Positions 9,689 to 21,800 of a stretch of 64,000 bases of DNA are shown one piece after another. Position 1 is the first letter of the stretch. Each line of letters begins with the position of its first letter. Source of the DNA: Candidatus Poseidoniaceae archaeon. GTDB lineage: Archaea; Thermoplasmatota; Poseidoniia; Poseidoniales; Poseidoniaceae. The notes beneath the pieces were generated by a model. It was not told the origin of the DNA and searched no databases. It saw nothing but the letters and a program-made list of their open reading frames with translations. The DNA lies in the NCBI GenBank assembly GCA_949372875.1, contig CASIAW010000007.1, positions 24,736 to 88,735 of the forward strand, given 5' to 3'. Position numbers and translations under genes: made by a program.

Positions 9689-9761
9689 GGGTCAGTAGCT
9701 TAGTTGGGAGAGCGCGGCACTGAAGATGCCGAGGTCGCTGGTTCAAGTCCGGCCTGACCCA
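9689..9761 (+). tRNA. tRNA-Phe (anticodon GAA)
   Basis: A cloverleaf can be drawn with a 7-bp acceptor stem GGGTCAG/CTGACCC. The anticodon stem CGGCA/TGCCG carries the loop CUGAAGA (anticodon GAA). The T-arm is GGTTCAAGTCC and the discriminator is A. The 3' CCA is not encoded. Confidence 0.85.
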
Positions 9762-9794
9762 CCTCAACTCATCACTGCGAATGCTTTGGCTTGC

Positions 9795-9810
9795 AGTTAA
9801 CTTTTTTTCA
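9795..9810 (+). terminator. Oligo-T tract (aactttttttcaaa) downstream of tRNA-Phe; archaeal-type terminator candidate
   Basis: A T7 run lies about 35 nt after the tRNA 3' end. Confidence 0.3.
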
Positions 9811-9855
9811 AATTGCTCAGACCTTTGGCTGTGAGAAATCAATCGTTGGGTTCAT

Positions 9856-11985
9856 GTGCTATGCCTTTCTGCTCTGTGTATGCCCGAAGTGAAGAGCGAT
9901 TCTGACGGCGAAATTGACCATGAGACAAAGTCTCATAACAAGGTCACAAAAGAGTTGCTTGAAATTCGAAATCGTCGAACTGGTGATGTGAAGCAAAACT
10001 TCCTGGTCCAAAAAGAAAACTTTGTTTTGGCTGGTGGAATCGTCTACACGGTCTTGTACGTATTACTCATATTTGGAATGACATCGGGGACTTTTGGAAA
10101 TTCAACATCAATTGACCACTCCGCATCAAAAACATTCCTCGACATTGGAGGAGAATGTGAGGAGATTACAGATGAGCCATGGATCCTCATATTCCCGAAC
10201 GATGATGCTCGAAAGTTTTCGATGTATGGCTACAACCTCCCGTCCGGCTATGCACTTGGAGAATATACCATTGAGCATCATGATGATGCAGGTGATGTGT
10301 TAGAATCATGGAAGAACTCATCGACTAAATTCATCAACCCAGAGGGCGAAACCGATGCTGGAAGAATGTATTATTCAGCCCCATTTGGAGAACTTGAAGA
10401 GGGCCATTACAGCCTCAATTACACAATTTCGGTATACAACCAAACAAACCTTTCAGGTGCACAAACTGTTGAAGGTGGAGAAGAAATTTACAAAAAGGTT
10501 GAATTTGAACTGGACATCTCCAAGCAAACATTTGCTTTCTTACCGTTTGTCGACTCAGAGAAAAAGCATCAGGTTCGATTGACTGATACAGGCGCTCGCT
10601 CTTGCTGGGGCATTCAAGACCTCGGGAACTGGGGATATGTACTCATTGGAGCAGAATTAGGTGGCGGAAGAGAAACCGCCATGCTAGCTGGTGGCGCTGC
10701 GGGTATTCCTGCTTGGTGGATGGCTTTCTCATCGCTCTCGCTTTCTGCAATTACATTACTGATTATTTATCCATTGATGTATAAGGTATATCACCAAGAC
10801 AGTGATGACATCCTCTCAAGATTACACATTGCACGCCTGGTAGAGGACTCGATTAATAAAACGGCGAAACGATTGAACATTGAGATCGACTGGGAATTGT
10901 ATAAACTCGAACCGAGGGACTTATCAATTGACATAATGGTACCATACAAAAATACTGAATCCACACTTTCTGATAGTAAGGATGTGCGTGCGGAAGTGCT
11001 GCGTGAAGTGCTTGAAGAGTTCGCAATTTTCCATGTATTCAAACCTGTCCAACTCACCGTTCGTACCATCGGCATAAATCAAGGAATTGATTTTGAGTCA
11101 GGCGTCGGAATTGGAACATCGAATGAAGTCGAAGAAGATGAAGAGCAAAATTATTCAGACTTCTTTTCAGAACTACATACTCTTTCCCGTGTTGAGGAAG
11201 AAGTTCGGGAAAGTTTGGAATTATTCTTTGCTCGACGAAATAACTTGAAAATGGAAGCTGCTGTTGTAACGAGTGATGATCGAATCATCTTCGTTTCAGT
11301 GATTTATCGACCTACGCAACGCTTTGCTTTCTTTAGATTCAAGAAAACTCGTGACGAAGTTCAAACAGAACTTCACCACTTTATCTCAAAGCGAAATGCG
11401 GACTTGCTTGGTTCTCAAGAATTGATTGTAAAGGGACGTAACCAAGTCTCCACATTATCAGAACGGTCAGGCGCAGGACGTGTTGAGCGAGATCTAAAGA
11501 ACGATGAGCGAATTGTGGCTGTCGCAAAGCAGGATGGTTTTGGTGGTAAAATGTTGCAAACAAAACTCCTCGGAGATACGCTTTCAACCGTCGAATACAT
11601 GGCAAACGAAAAGCGAGAAATGATCAACAAGTGGGGATTCTGGGGACTGATTGTATTCGTTTGGATTCCGTTCATGGCATCCGGAGTATTAGTCGGTGCA
11701 ATGCTTGGCTTGCTTTCTCGAATGAATTTCATGCGTGTTTTAACCGCTACAGCCATCGGTGGAAGTATAGCTTCAATCACTTGGGCCTATACTGCTGAAG
11801 GTATCGTGAAGTTCATGCACCAATACAAACTTGAAGCGGTGATTCCATTGATTATTATCGTCTTTGTAGGCGCTGCATTCCTTCACATACGCTCGACCAA
11901 GATGCGCCGTCAAACTGAATTGTTTGAAGACACACTGCTTGACAACTTCCATGCAAACATCCAAGCCAAATACGGCTCTGAGTGA
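9856..11985 (+). CDS. Large polytopic membrane protein. It has an N-terminal extracytoplasmic domain and a C-terminal ~90-aa hydrophobic module resembling the COG2426 putative small multidrug export family.
   Basis: This is a long clean ORF with an N-terminal TM, a large N-glycosylation-rich domain, central TMs and the C-terminal segment KWGFWGLIVFVWIPFMASGVLVGAMLGLL...IGGSIASITWAY. No firm family call can be made. Confidence 0.6.
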   Translation: MLCLSALCMPEVKSDSDGEIDHETKSHNKVTKELLEIRNRRTGDVKQNFLVQKENFVLAGGIVYTVLYVLLIFGMTSGTFGNSTSIDHSASKTFLDIGGECEEITDEPWILIFPNDDARKFSMYGYNLPSGYALGEYTIEHHDDAGDVLESWKNSSTKFINPEGETDAGRMYYSAPFGELEEGHYSLNYTISVYNQTNLSGAQTVEGGEEIYKKVEFELDISKQTFAFLPFVDSEKKHQVRLTDTGARSCWGIQDLGNWGYVLIGAELGGGRETAMLAGGAAGIPAWWMAFSSLSLSAITLLIIYPLMYKVYHQDSDDILSRLHIARLVEDSINKTAKRLNIEIDWELYKLEPRDLSIDIMVPYKNTESTLSDSKDVRAEVLREVLEEFAIFHVFKPVQLTVRTIGINQGIDFESGVGIGTSNEVEEDEEQNYSDFFSELHTLSRVEEEVRESLELFFARRNNLKMEAAVVTSDDRIIFVSVIYRPTQRFAFFRFKKTRDEVQTELHHFISKRNADLLGSQELIVKGRNQVSTLSERSGAGRVERDLKNDERIVAVAKQDGFGGKMLQTKLLGDTLSTVEYMANEKREMINKWGFWGLIVFVWIPFMASGVLVGAMLGLLSRMNFMRVLTATAIGGSIASITWAYTAEGIVKFMHQYKLEAVIPLIIIVFVGAAFLHIRSTKMRRQTELFEDTLLDNFHANIQAKYGSE

Positions 11986-11995
11986 TGGAGTTGAA

Positions 11996-12583
11996 CAAAT
12001 GGATTCCATCCACAGTTTACTCGGAAAGCCAAATCATTGTGGCGAACATGCTATTCTTGGTATTGTGACCGTGAGTGACAGAGCCAGTTCTGGCACCTAT
12101 CAAGATGAAGGTGGACCTGCTGTCCTAACCTTTTTTGAAGAGGGGTTGGCAAGCCCTTCAACCGTTCATTACCGATGTGTTGCTGATGAACAATCACTCA
12201 TCGAAGAAGCGCTGCTTGAACTGAGTGACGACATTGGATGCCATGTTATTGTCACAACGGGTGGCACTGGACCAGCAGCAAGAGATGTTACGCCAGAGGC
12301 TACTGAAAAAGTGTGTGAGAAAATCCTCCCTGGTTTTGGTGAACAAATGCGAGCGATCTCTTTGAAATTTGTACCTACTGCAATTCTCTCACGACAAGTC
12401 GGCGGAATAAGAGGTTCATGCCTCCTGTTTAATCTCCCAGGAAGGCCAAAATCAATCCGAGAAACCATTGATGAAATTTGGAAAGCAGTGCCATATTGCG
12501 TCGACCTTATTGGAGGTCCCTACATTGATACTGACGACCAAGTTTGCGATGCATTTCGACCGAAGTCAGCACGCCGTCGCTAA
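11996..12583 (+). CDS. Molybdenum cofactor biosynthesis protein MogA/MoaB (molybdopterin adenylyltransferase family)
   Basis: Motifs GIVTVSDRAS...G, HVIVTTGGTGPAARDVTPEAT and GSCLLFNLPGRPKS are present. ATG 11996 was chosen because the longer ORF (from 11924) overlaps the preceding gene. Confidence 0.8.
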   Translation, partial: QMDSIHSLLGKPNHCGEHAILGIVTVSDRASSGTYQDEGGPAVLTFFEEGLASPSTVHYRCVADEQSLIEEALLELSDDIGCHVIVTTGGTGPAARDVTPEATEKVCEKILPGFGEQMRAISLKFVPTAILSRQVGGIRGSCLLFNLPGRPKSIRETIDEIWKAVPYCVDLIGGPYIDTDDQVCDAFRPKSARRR

Positions 12584-12611
12584 GTGTTGAATGGCATAGT
12601 TCATTGAGTAG

Positions 12612-14051
12612 ATGCTCTCAAACCCGCCCATGGAGACCCCTCAAAACCCCGGTAACATGCTCATCATCGGGGCAACCGTAGTCTTGCCTGATTCAACCCG
12701 CCTCGCTGATGTTCGAGTATCAAACGGAATCATCGATACAATCTCGAATCCAAATGAACTGAATCCTCTGGATGATGAACTTCTTATCGATGGTTCAGGC
12801 TTACACCTTCTTCCCGGAATAATAGACCCACAAGTCCATTTCCGTGACCCTGGCCAGCCTGAAAAGGAAGATTTGGAAAGTGGTTCTGCTGCTGCAGTAA
12901 GTGGTGGCGTGACCTCCTTCCTCGATATGCCAAATAACAAACCTTCAATCACCAATATGGAAGGTATGCAGATGAAACTCGACACCGCTGCGGCAAAGTG
13001 CGTCAATAACTACGGATTCTTTATCGGAGCGACTCCAGAAAATGTTGAGGATTTGCAAGAAGCAGTTGGGACTCCAGATGCGCCTCTTGCTGTTCCAGGA
13101 ATTTGTGGAATTAAGATTTTTATGGGCTCTTCAACCGGTACATTACTGGTCAATGAAAGGGATGCTTTGGAGAACATTTTCTCAAAGACTGCTGGACTTA
13201 TCGCAGTTCACGCGGAAGATGAAAAGCGATTGGTTTCCAGATATCCCGACTATGAGAATCGTACCGACATTGCGGCTCACGCAGAATGGCGGGACGACAT
13301 TACAGCCTTGCTCGCAACTCAACTAGCTGTGGAGCTAGCACAGATGTATAACCATCGATTGCACGTATTACACTTGACCTCGGGACTTGAAGCAGACTGG
13401 TTGAATGGAATCACTTCACTCCCATCACAAGCTGGAGAGGGTGCTATCATCACCACTGAGACACTCCCACAGCACCTCACGCTAACAGATGTCGATGTTG
13501 CAGAACAGGGAACTCGGCTACAAATGAATCCACCTATACGATATCAAGAAGACAAGGATATTTTGTGGAGACGGTTGATTGACGGCACCATTCAATGCAT
13601 GGCTACAGACCATGCACCGCACCCTCTGGAAGCAAAAGCCCTCGGATTCCCAAAAGCACCGAGTGGAATGCCGGGTGTTGAGACCTCACTTGCAGTAATG
13701 CTTACTCATGCCAAATCAGGCCGATGCTCCATCGAACAAGTGGCACAATGGATGTCAACCAATGTAGCGGATTGTTTCAATATGATCGGCAAAGGCCGTA
13801 TTGAAGTCGGACTCGATGCTGACTTGGTTCTCGTTGATATGGAAACAGTTCAACAAGTGAAAGATGAGAATACCTGGGCTCGTGTCGGATGGAACCCGTT
13901 CAATGGCCATGATTTAGTGGGTTGGGCAAAGGTGACAATTGTTGCAGGTGTCCCCGTGTTTGAGAGAACAGAAGCAACTGGACCAAAAGGCCGTATTCTG
14001 GTCGAAAAAGGCAGTTGTGGGACTCCAATTCTCATGGCACCTTGGAAATAG
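12612..14051 (+). CDS. Cyclic amidohydrolase of the dihydroorotase/dihydropyrimidinase/allantoinase family, probably dihydroorotase
   Basis: The metal-binding motifs PGIIDPQVHFRDPG and CMATDHAPH are present, along with the carboxylated-Lys region ...GIKIFMGSSTG... The real start may be an internal Met (12630 or 12657). Confidence 0.75.
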   Translation: MLSNPPMETPQNPGNMLIIGATVVLPDSTRLADVRVSNGIIDTISNPNELNPLDDELLIDGSGLHLLPGIIDPQVHFRDPGQPEKEDLESGSAAAVSGGVTSFLDMPNNKPSITNMEGMQMKLDTAAAKCVNNYGFFIGATPENVEDLQEAVGTPDAPLAVPGICGIKIFMGSSTGTLLVNERDALENIFSKTAGLIAVHAEDEKRLVSRYPDYENRTDIAAHAEWRDDITALLATQLAVELAQMYNHRLHVLHLTSGLEADWLNGITSLPSQAGEGAIITTETLPQHLTLTDVDVAEQGTRLQMNPPIRYQEDKDILWRRLIDGTIQCMATDHAPHPLEAKALGFPKAPSGMPGVETSLAVMLTHAKSGRCSIEQVAQWMSTNVADCFNMIGKGRIEVGLDADLVLVDMETVQQVKDENTWARVGWNPFNGHDLVGWAKVTIVAGVPVFERTEATGPKGRILVEKGSCGTPILMAPWK

Positions 14052-14055
14052 GTGC

Positions 14056-14080
14056 CCATTTTTGCTTTTTTTAGCGCATT
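14056..14080 (+). terminator. T-rich tract (cccatttttgctttttttagcgc) after the amidohydrolase gene
   Basis: Two oligo-T runs follow immediately after the stop codon. Confidence 0.35.
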
Positions 14081-14130
14081 TTGAGATAGTATTATACACT
14101 CAACCTCATATTCACCGTTAGGGATACTAC

Positions 14131-14418
14131 ATGAGTTGGCTTGAAGAAAATATTGGAGAAGGATATCAGCAAGTGGTTGTCGGTTTTACCGTTTTTATAA
14201 TCGGCGCATTGCTTGGTTGGATGGAAGCAGCAAATGGACAAATGACGGCTGCTGAAGTGTATATGCCAGCAGTCATCATGCTATCTGGCGCCATGGTTAC
14301 CATGCTCGGATTGTCTTTTGGAACTGAAAGTGAAGAAGACAGAACTGATGATTTGATGAATGCAATCAACGACCTTACCGCTCGCATGAACAGGATGTTG
14401 GGCCAAGAAGAAGAGTGA
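14131..14418 (+). CDS. Small (95 aa) membrane protein with two TM helices and an acidic C-terminal helix
   Basis: The ORF has its own AT-rich upstream region with a TATA-like attatac about 35 nt upstream. Hydrophobic segments are VVGFTVFIIGALLGW and VIMLSGAMVTMLGL. Confidence 0.4.
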   Translation: MSWLEENIGEGYQQVVVGFTVFIIGALLGWMEAANGQMTAAEVYMPAVIMLSGAMVTMLGLSFGTESEEDRTDDLMNAINDLTARMNRMLGQEEE

Positions 14419-15948
14419 TTACAACCCGTACAAGGAGCCATACTTTTCTTCGACATACCGAAGGAATGGTTCCGGAGATGGAGGAGATCCTGTTGCAAAC
14501 TCAATGAGTTCTGCGGGAGTCATCTTACTGCCTTGTTCGTGTATTCGTGGTCGTAACCATTGAAGGAGGCTTGACCAATCGCCAGATGTGATAATCGCAT
14601 CAATATCCCCGAGTTCATCAGCCATTGATTCAAGCAATTGAGCTGCGTAAAGATTCCCTAACGTATACGTTGGGAAATAACCAAAAGCACCCATGGACCA
14701 ATGGATGTCTTGTAAACATCCAACTCGGTCTTCGGGAACCTTCACTCCAAACCACTCTTCAAACATCATGTTCCAAGTTTCAGGTAATTGAGCGATAGGT
14801 AGGTCTTCATTGAAAATTTTCTTTTCGATTTCATAGCGTAGCATTACATGTAAGTTGTAAGTGACTTCATCGGCTTCGACCCGAATGAATCCTTTAGAAA
14901 CAGTATTTGCTATGCGGTTCAGTGTCGCAGGATCCCAATCTGGTGCATCTGGGAAATGTTCTCGGAACCAAGGTAGAGCAACGCTCCAAAACGCTGAGGT
15001 TCTTCCGATTTGATTTTCCCAAAAGCGACTTTGAGATTCATGGACACCAAGCGAAACAGCAGCACCTCGAGGCGTCAATGAATCCGCCTTGGAAAGGCCC
15101 TGTTCATACAAGGCATGGCCTGTTTCATGCATGACTGCATACAAGCATGAGAACGGATCTAGTTCATCAAAACGTGTTGTAAATCGAGTGTCTCCTGGCC
15201 ATAAACCTGCGGAAAAAGGATGTGTTGAAGCATCCATCCTTCCTGCTTCAAAGTCAAAACCCATCGCTTTAGAAACGCTGGTGCAAAAGTCGGTTTGTGC
15301 ATCAATCGAAAAGCGAAGCCCTTCGGGAAGAACAGGGTCTGGGTTTGATTCTTGTGCTGTCGTAATTTTCTGCAGTAAAGGGACAAGGCGAGCGCGTAAG
15401 CCCTCGAAAAGAGGATCGTAATCGGTTACTTTCATGCCAACTTCATACTCATCAAGCAAGACATCGTATGGATTATCTTCACCTCCATAATACGCAATCT
15501 TCTCTTTCGTCATTGAAATGAGCGATTCCAACTGTGGTTGAAAGGCTTGAAAATCAGAAGCCTGTCTCGCTTTTTGCCAAGACAAAAGAGCTTCTGACTT
15601 GGCCTTTGCAAACGCAGCAACAAATGCTGAAGGGAGTTTTATCGCTTTATCGTAAGATCTCCGCATTTCCCGGACATTGGCTTGTTGGTCTTCAGTTAAC
15701 GAATCTTCTTGCTCGAGAGCGTCTAACATTTGACCCATCTGAGGATCAATAAGCCGGTCGTGACGTTCTGCTGCAAGCCATGAGAGAATATCAGAACGCG
15801 CATCCGAACCCTTAGCAGGCATAATCGTCTCTTGGTCCCAGCCTAAGTGACCCTGTAACGCTCCGAGGCGATGTATGTCTTTGACTCGTTCAATAAACAC
15901 TGAATATGCTTGCATCAATCCGTCCATGACACCCACCGTCAAGAACAC
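14419..15948 (-). CDS. Carboxypeptidase Taq-like metallocarboxypeptidase (MEROPS M32)
   Basis: The M32 signature motifs HPF, DTRFTTRF, HESQSRFWEN, HETGHALYEQG (HEXXH), IRVEADEVTYNLH and GCLQDIHWSMG are all present. Confidence 0.9.
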   Translation of the reverse strand: MFLTVGVMDGLMQAYSVFIERVKDIHRLGALQGHLGWDQETIMPAKGSDARSDILSWLAAERHDRLIDPQMGQMLDALEQEDSLTEDQQANVREMRRSYDKAIKLPSAFVAAFAKAKSEALLSWQKARQASDFQAFQPQLESLISMTKEKIAYYGGEDNPYDVLLDEYEVGMKVTDYDPLFEGLRARLVPLLQKITTAQESNPDPVLPEGLRFSIDAQTDFCTSVSKAMGFDFEAGRMDASTHPFSAGLWPGDTRFTTRFDELDPFSCLYAVMHETGHALYEQGLSKADSLTPRGAAVSLGVHESQSRFWENQIGRTSAFWSVALPWFREHFPDAPDWDPATLNRIANTVSKGFIRVEADEVTYNLHVMLRYEIEKKIFNEDLPIAQLPETWNMMFEEWFGVKVPEDRVGCLQDIHWSMGAFGYFPTYTLGNLYAAQLLESMADELGDIDAIITSGDWSSLLQWLRPRIHEQGSKMTPAELIEFATGSPPSPEPFLRYVEEKYGSLYGL

Positions 15949-16033
15949 TTGTACTCATCAGTTTCAAAATTAAGTGTAAAATGTTTGAAAAATACTGCCA
16001 CACATTGAAGATGCAAGCCCTCCTCGGTTTACT

Positions 16034-17206
16034 ATGGTGCGACCTTTTTCTCGTAAAGTGAAAAACATTCCACCTGTTGACTCCCAAGATGAAGAATTGG
16101 AAGAAGTCATTGATGAAGTGAAGGAGATTGGTGAAGAACCAGTCGATATGATGGGTCAGCCCAATGACGTCGCAGAAAGCGAGGATGTTCCATTCGAAGA
16201 ACTTTCTATAGAAGAAGTTGCTAAGCATTTGAAAATTAGTGCAGAAACTGTAATAAAAACATGTATGGACGTTCGAAGAGGAGAGAATGTCCTCATCGTT
16301 TGTGACCCTACCACCGGGGATATCGGACAAGCATTGCATGAAGCCGCAAACGAACGTTCAGACAATGTATTACTGATTGTAATGCCCAAAGCCCGGCATC
16401 ATGGTGAAGAACCACCTACTCCAGTATCGAATCTCATGCGACGGCAGCAAGTTGTAATCGCTCCTACTCGATACTCATTGACCCACACGCGTGCAATACG
16501 CCAATCACTACGAGAAGGGGCTCGCGTCGCAACAATGCCTGGAATGACGAACGAAATGTTCAGTCGAGGTGGCATGTCTGCGGACTTCTCACTCATCAAG
16601 CAGAAAATCAGTGATTTAGGACCTTACTTCCGTCGGAGAAGGATTGCCAAAGTAACTTCTGAACAAGGCACGGATGTTACTTTTGAAGTGAATTGGAGGG
16701 AATGGAAATTAGATGACAATGGTATTTGTAATCGTCCTAAAATGCTCACGAACCTTCCTGCAGGAAAAGCGTTTATCATGCCAAGAGAGGGTTCCATGAA
16801 CGGAACGGTCGTTATTGATGGTTCTTGGGAGTCAAATCTCGTTGACGAACCAATTTCACTGATTATTGAAAATGGGATGGTCATGGATGTTAAAGGAGGT
16901 ACTATTGCTGCAACGATACGTCAAGAATTCGGCGAGGCTGCAAAGCGACTCAAAACCAAAGAGAGAGAGAATGTCTGGACAATGGCCGAATTTGGTTTTG
17001 GCATGAACCCGCAGGCTCGACTTTTTGGAAACGTTCTTGAGGATGAAAAACGCCTTGGAACATGCTACTTTTCTGTAGGAGATAACACTGCCTTGGGCGG
17101 AACATCCGCAGTTGGAATTCACATTCCTGGAGTTCTCAAAAACGCTAGTGTTTGGCTTGATGATACACAACTTATCTCAAACGGCGAATTCACCCTTTGG
17201 GATTAA
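16034..17206 (+). CDS. Aminopeptidase, probably MEROPS M29 (AmpS/AmpT-like), with an acidic N-terminal extension
   Basis: The C-terminal half matches the M29 pattern: NLPAGKAFIMP, ENGMVMDVKGG, EFGFGMNP...FGNVLEDEKRLGTCYFSVGDN and HIPGVL. Confidence 0.7.
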   Translation: MVRPFSRKVKNIPPVDSQDEELEEVIDEVKEIGEEPVDMMGQPNDVAESEDVPFEELSIEEVAKHLKISAETVIKTCMDVRRGENVLIVCDPTTGDIGQALHEAANERSDNVLLIVMPKARHHGEEPPTPVSNLMRRQQVVIAPTRYSLTHTRAIRQSLREGARVATMPGMTNEMFSRGGMSADFSLIKQKISDLGPYFRRRRIAKVTSEQGTDVTFEVNWREWKLDDNGICNRPKMLTNLPAGKAFIMPREGSMNGTVVIDGSWESNLVDEPISLIIENGMVMDVKGGTIAATIRQEFGEAAKRLKTKERENVWTMAEFGFGMNPQARLFGNVLEDEKRLGTCYFSVGDNTALGGTSAVGIHIPGVLKNASVWLDDTQLISNGEFTLWD

Positions 17207-18778
<1,572 letters not shown>

Positions 18779-18867
18779 CTTCTATCCCCCCTTTTTTGTA
18801 GCCAAATGAATCCCGTTCTTGAGTATGATGTTGTAAATCGTTCCCTGCTGCCATACCCATGTGCTCT

Positions 18868-21800
18868 CTAACGGCTTCGACCCATATTGAAGATGGCTCT
18901 GGATTGAGGGGCGGTCCAACCAGTTTCTTGTAACTGCATCATGATTGAACGTTCTTCCTCTCCGTCATCAAGTGAACTTCGAACCCAATCCGCTGCGGAT
19001 TCACGGTCCTCTGTTTGCCAGTCTTCAAAGAGCGACAAATCAATTTTGAACGTCGCCTTTCGCACCTTAGCACCGCTCTCTTCTTCCTCTTTTGGTTCGG
19101 ACGGTGAATCAAAAGACGGGCGAGTTGAAACTCGGCCCCGAGGAGAAGGTTTGCTTCGTGGAGGGGTTGCTGCTTGAGGTGGGGGGGAATTAGGTCCTCG
19201 TCCTTGTGGGCCTTTAGGAGGGCTTCGGGACGGTCCAGGGCCGCCTTGAGGGCCCTTTGTCGGTCCTTTAGATGGGCCTCTGGAAGGTCCTGCTTGTGAC
19301 ACTGGAGCCCGCTTTGGCGCAGATTCTTGTGCACTTCGGCTGTTTCTAAAAGGAAGTGAATCGTCATCGTCGTCATCGTCCCAATCATCATCGTCATCGT
19401 CATCATAATCGTAATCATCACCTTGACGGCGAAGAAGAATCACTGCTACGACAAGAAGAACAACCATTCCTGCAACAACCGCAATGATGATTGTGGATGT
19501 CCCCAGCGCTGATGAGGAACCATCGTCGGAACCGGATGATCTTAACGGACAACCATCCGAATATCCATCTTCTCCCTTCGGTTCATTTTTACATTGGTCT
19601 AATTCATCGTTGACACCATCATTATCTGAATCAAGTTGACGAGGCGCACAACCATTTTCATCAACAGAAACTGATAAGGCTCGGTCTGTGCCCGGACACA
19701 AGTCTGGATAAGTCCCGTTTGGATTATCACCGTAGCCGTCGGCATCTTTATCGAACCACTGCGTAGCATTGCCAGCCAGATAAGGGAGTTCAGTAAAATC
19801 TGCATATCCATCCCCATCATCATAACATCCGTAAATATTTTCGCGTGTTGAAGTCCCAAACTCAGTTGGACAATAGTCGGAATAAATCCCATCTGGATTA
19901 TCTCCCCAGCCGTCGCCATCTAAGTCGGACCATTGCGAGCTGTTTGTAGGGAAGGCGTCACCTTGTTGGTCTTCTCGTAGACCACTGGTTTCGTTCAGCG
20001 TGTAGGTATATTCTCCAAGGTATCCATCGCCGTCTAAATCTTGTTCAAAGGCCGTTTCATCGGTACAACCATCTGCAAGAACTGGATATCCGGAAGGTGT
20101 TTCTGGACAAGCATCCACATCATCTTTCACACCATCACTATCCGAATCTCGTTCGGAAGGTGAGCATCCGTTCTCGTCCACTTCTGAACGTTCACTGTAA
20201 AGCGTCTCAGGACAGAGATCAGCAGGTCCACTCACGTTATCCAAATCGTCATCGGTCTCGAGTTGTGCATTACTACAGCCACTCGCATCAACGAGTACAC
20301 CAAACGGTGTCGACGGACAAATATCAAGGTCATTGGTAACACTGTCATCGTCGTCATCCAATTGGTTCTCTCCACATCCTACAGCATTGACGGAGAGACC
20401 TGCATCAGTATCCGGGCAGATATCTTCTGCATTCGGTACGAAATCTCCATCATCATCTGTATCATCAATAAAGCGGCATCCAATACCAGTGCCGCCTTCG
20501 GTAGGACTCGTTCCTTCAAGAACGCCGGCAATTGTTGGACATTCATCTGCTTGATAGCCCGCTGGGTTATCTCCAAAGCCATCGGAATCGAAATCCAGCC
20601 ATTGAGTTGGCTCGAGAGGGAAAGCGTCTTCGGAATTCATCCAACCGTCACCATCTGCATCAGGACATCCTGGGTAAGGACTCGTTGAATTGCCTGTCAC
20701 ACCAGGGCAGGCATCAAGCAGAAGTCCACCGCCATCATTTTCCGTGACGTCATCTGTAATGTCGTAAAACTCAGTCCATCGATCAGGATATCCGTCTGAA
20801 TCGTTGTCTTCTGCAGCCCCTATGTTATCTGGAAAACTATCAGGGTTCGTGGCGAATTGAGAACTGTTATCGCCGTAACCATCTCCGTCTGAATCAGCCC
20901 ACTGCGTGCTGTCAAATGGCCATGCATCTGCTCCATGAGATACATTCCATTCGAGGCCTCCGCTGTTAGAAGGATCTGATGAACCGTCGAGGTCGGAATC
21001 AAGGCAACCGTTTCGGTCTCGCCATGAAGCACCCCAGTCCCATTTGCAATTATCACCATCAACCCAATCAGAAGAGTTGTCTCCCCAACCATCACCGTCT
21101 TGGTCTTTGTATTGTGAAGGGTTGAATGGGAACAAGTCGCCATCTGGCTGGGACGAATCGTATTCAGTGAGGCAGCAATCAGGACCTGAATTATCCCCAT
21201 ATCCATCTCCATCGCTATCCAAAGCAAGTTTCCAATTGAAGATGAAAACATCACCAGAAAGATAGTTGAATTTGTTGTTAGACCAACCGTCTTGGTCGTA
21301 ATCATCGCAACCCATTCGGTCAATCCAAGAGTCCCCAGGGTCGTCATTACAAGCATCATCAACATCTGCATAACCATCATTGTCGTAATCGAGGCACCCG
21401 TAGGTGTAGAGCGAGGAAGGAGCATTGGTTGATGGGCAATAATCTGCTAACGGACCGAGTGTGTTATCTCCATATCCATCTCCGTCACTGTCCGACCATT
21501 GGTTTGCCAGCAGTGGTAGGTCATCGACCAAATCAAAGATGAGGTCTCTATCAGCATCAGGGTATAACCGCAAAACTTCAACGTCCCAAAGAACACTGTC
21601 TTGAATAGCAAGATGGAGGGTCTCGTTGGAATCTGTGTAGAAGCCTACTGAACCCGTAGCGGTTACATCACCGAAGGAGAGGCTGTTCCAGAAATATTCT
21701 GAAGAGGATTGACTCGAAAGAGTGGGTTGAGTGTTCAGACTGTTCCATGTAAGGAGGTTGTTTTGGCCGACGCTTGTCATCAAAACATAGGTGCCACCTT

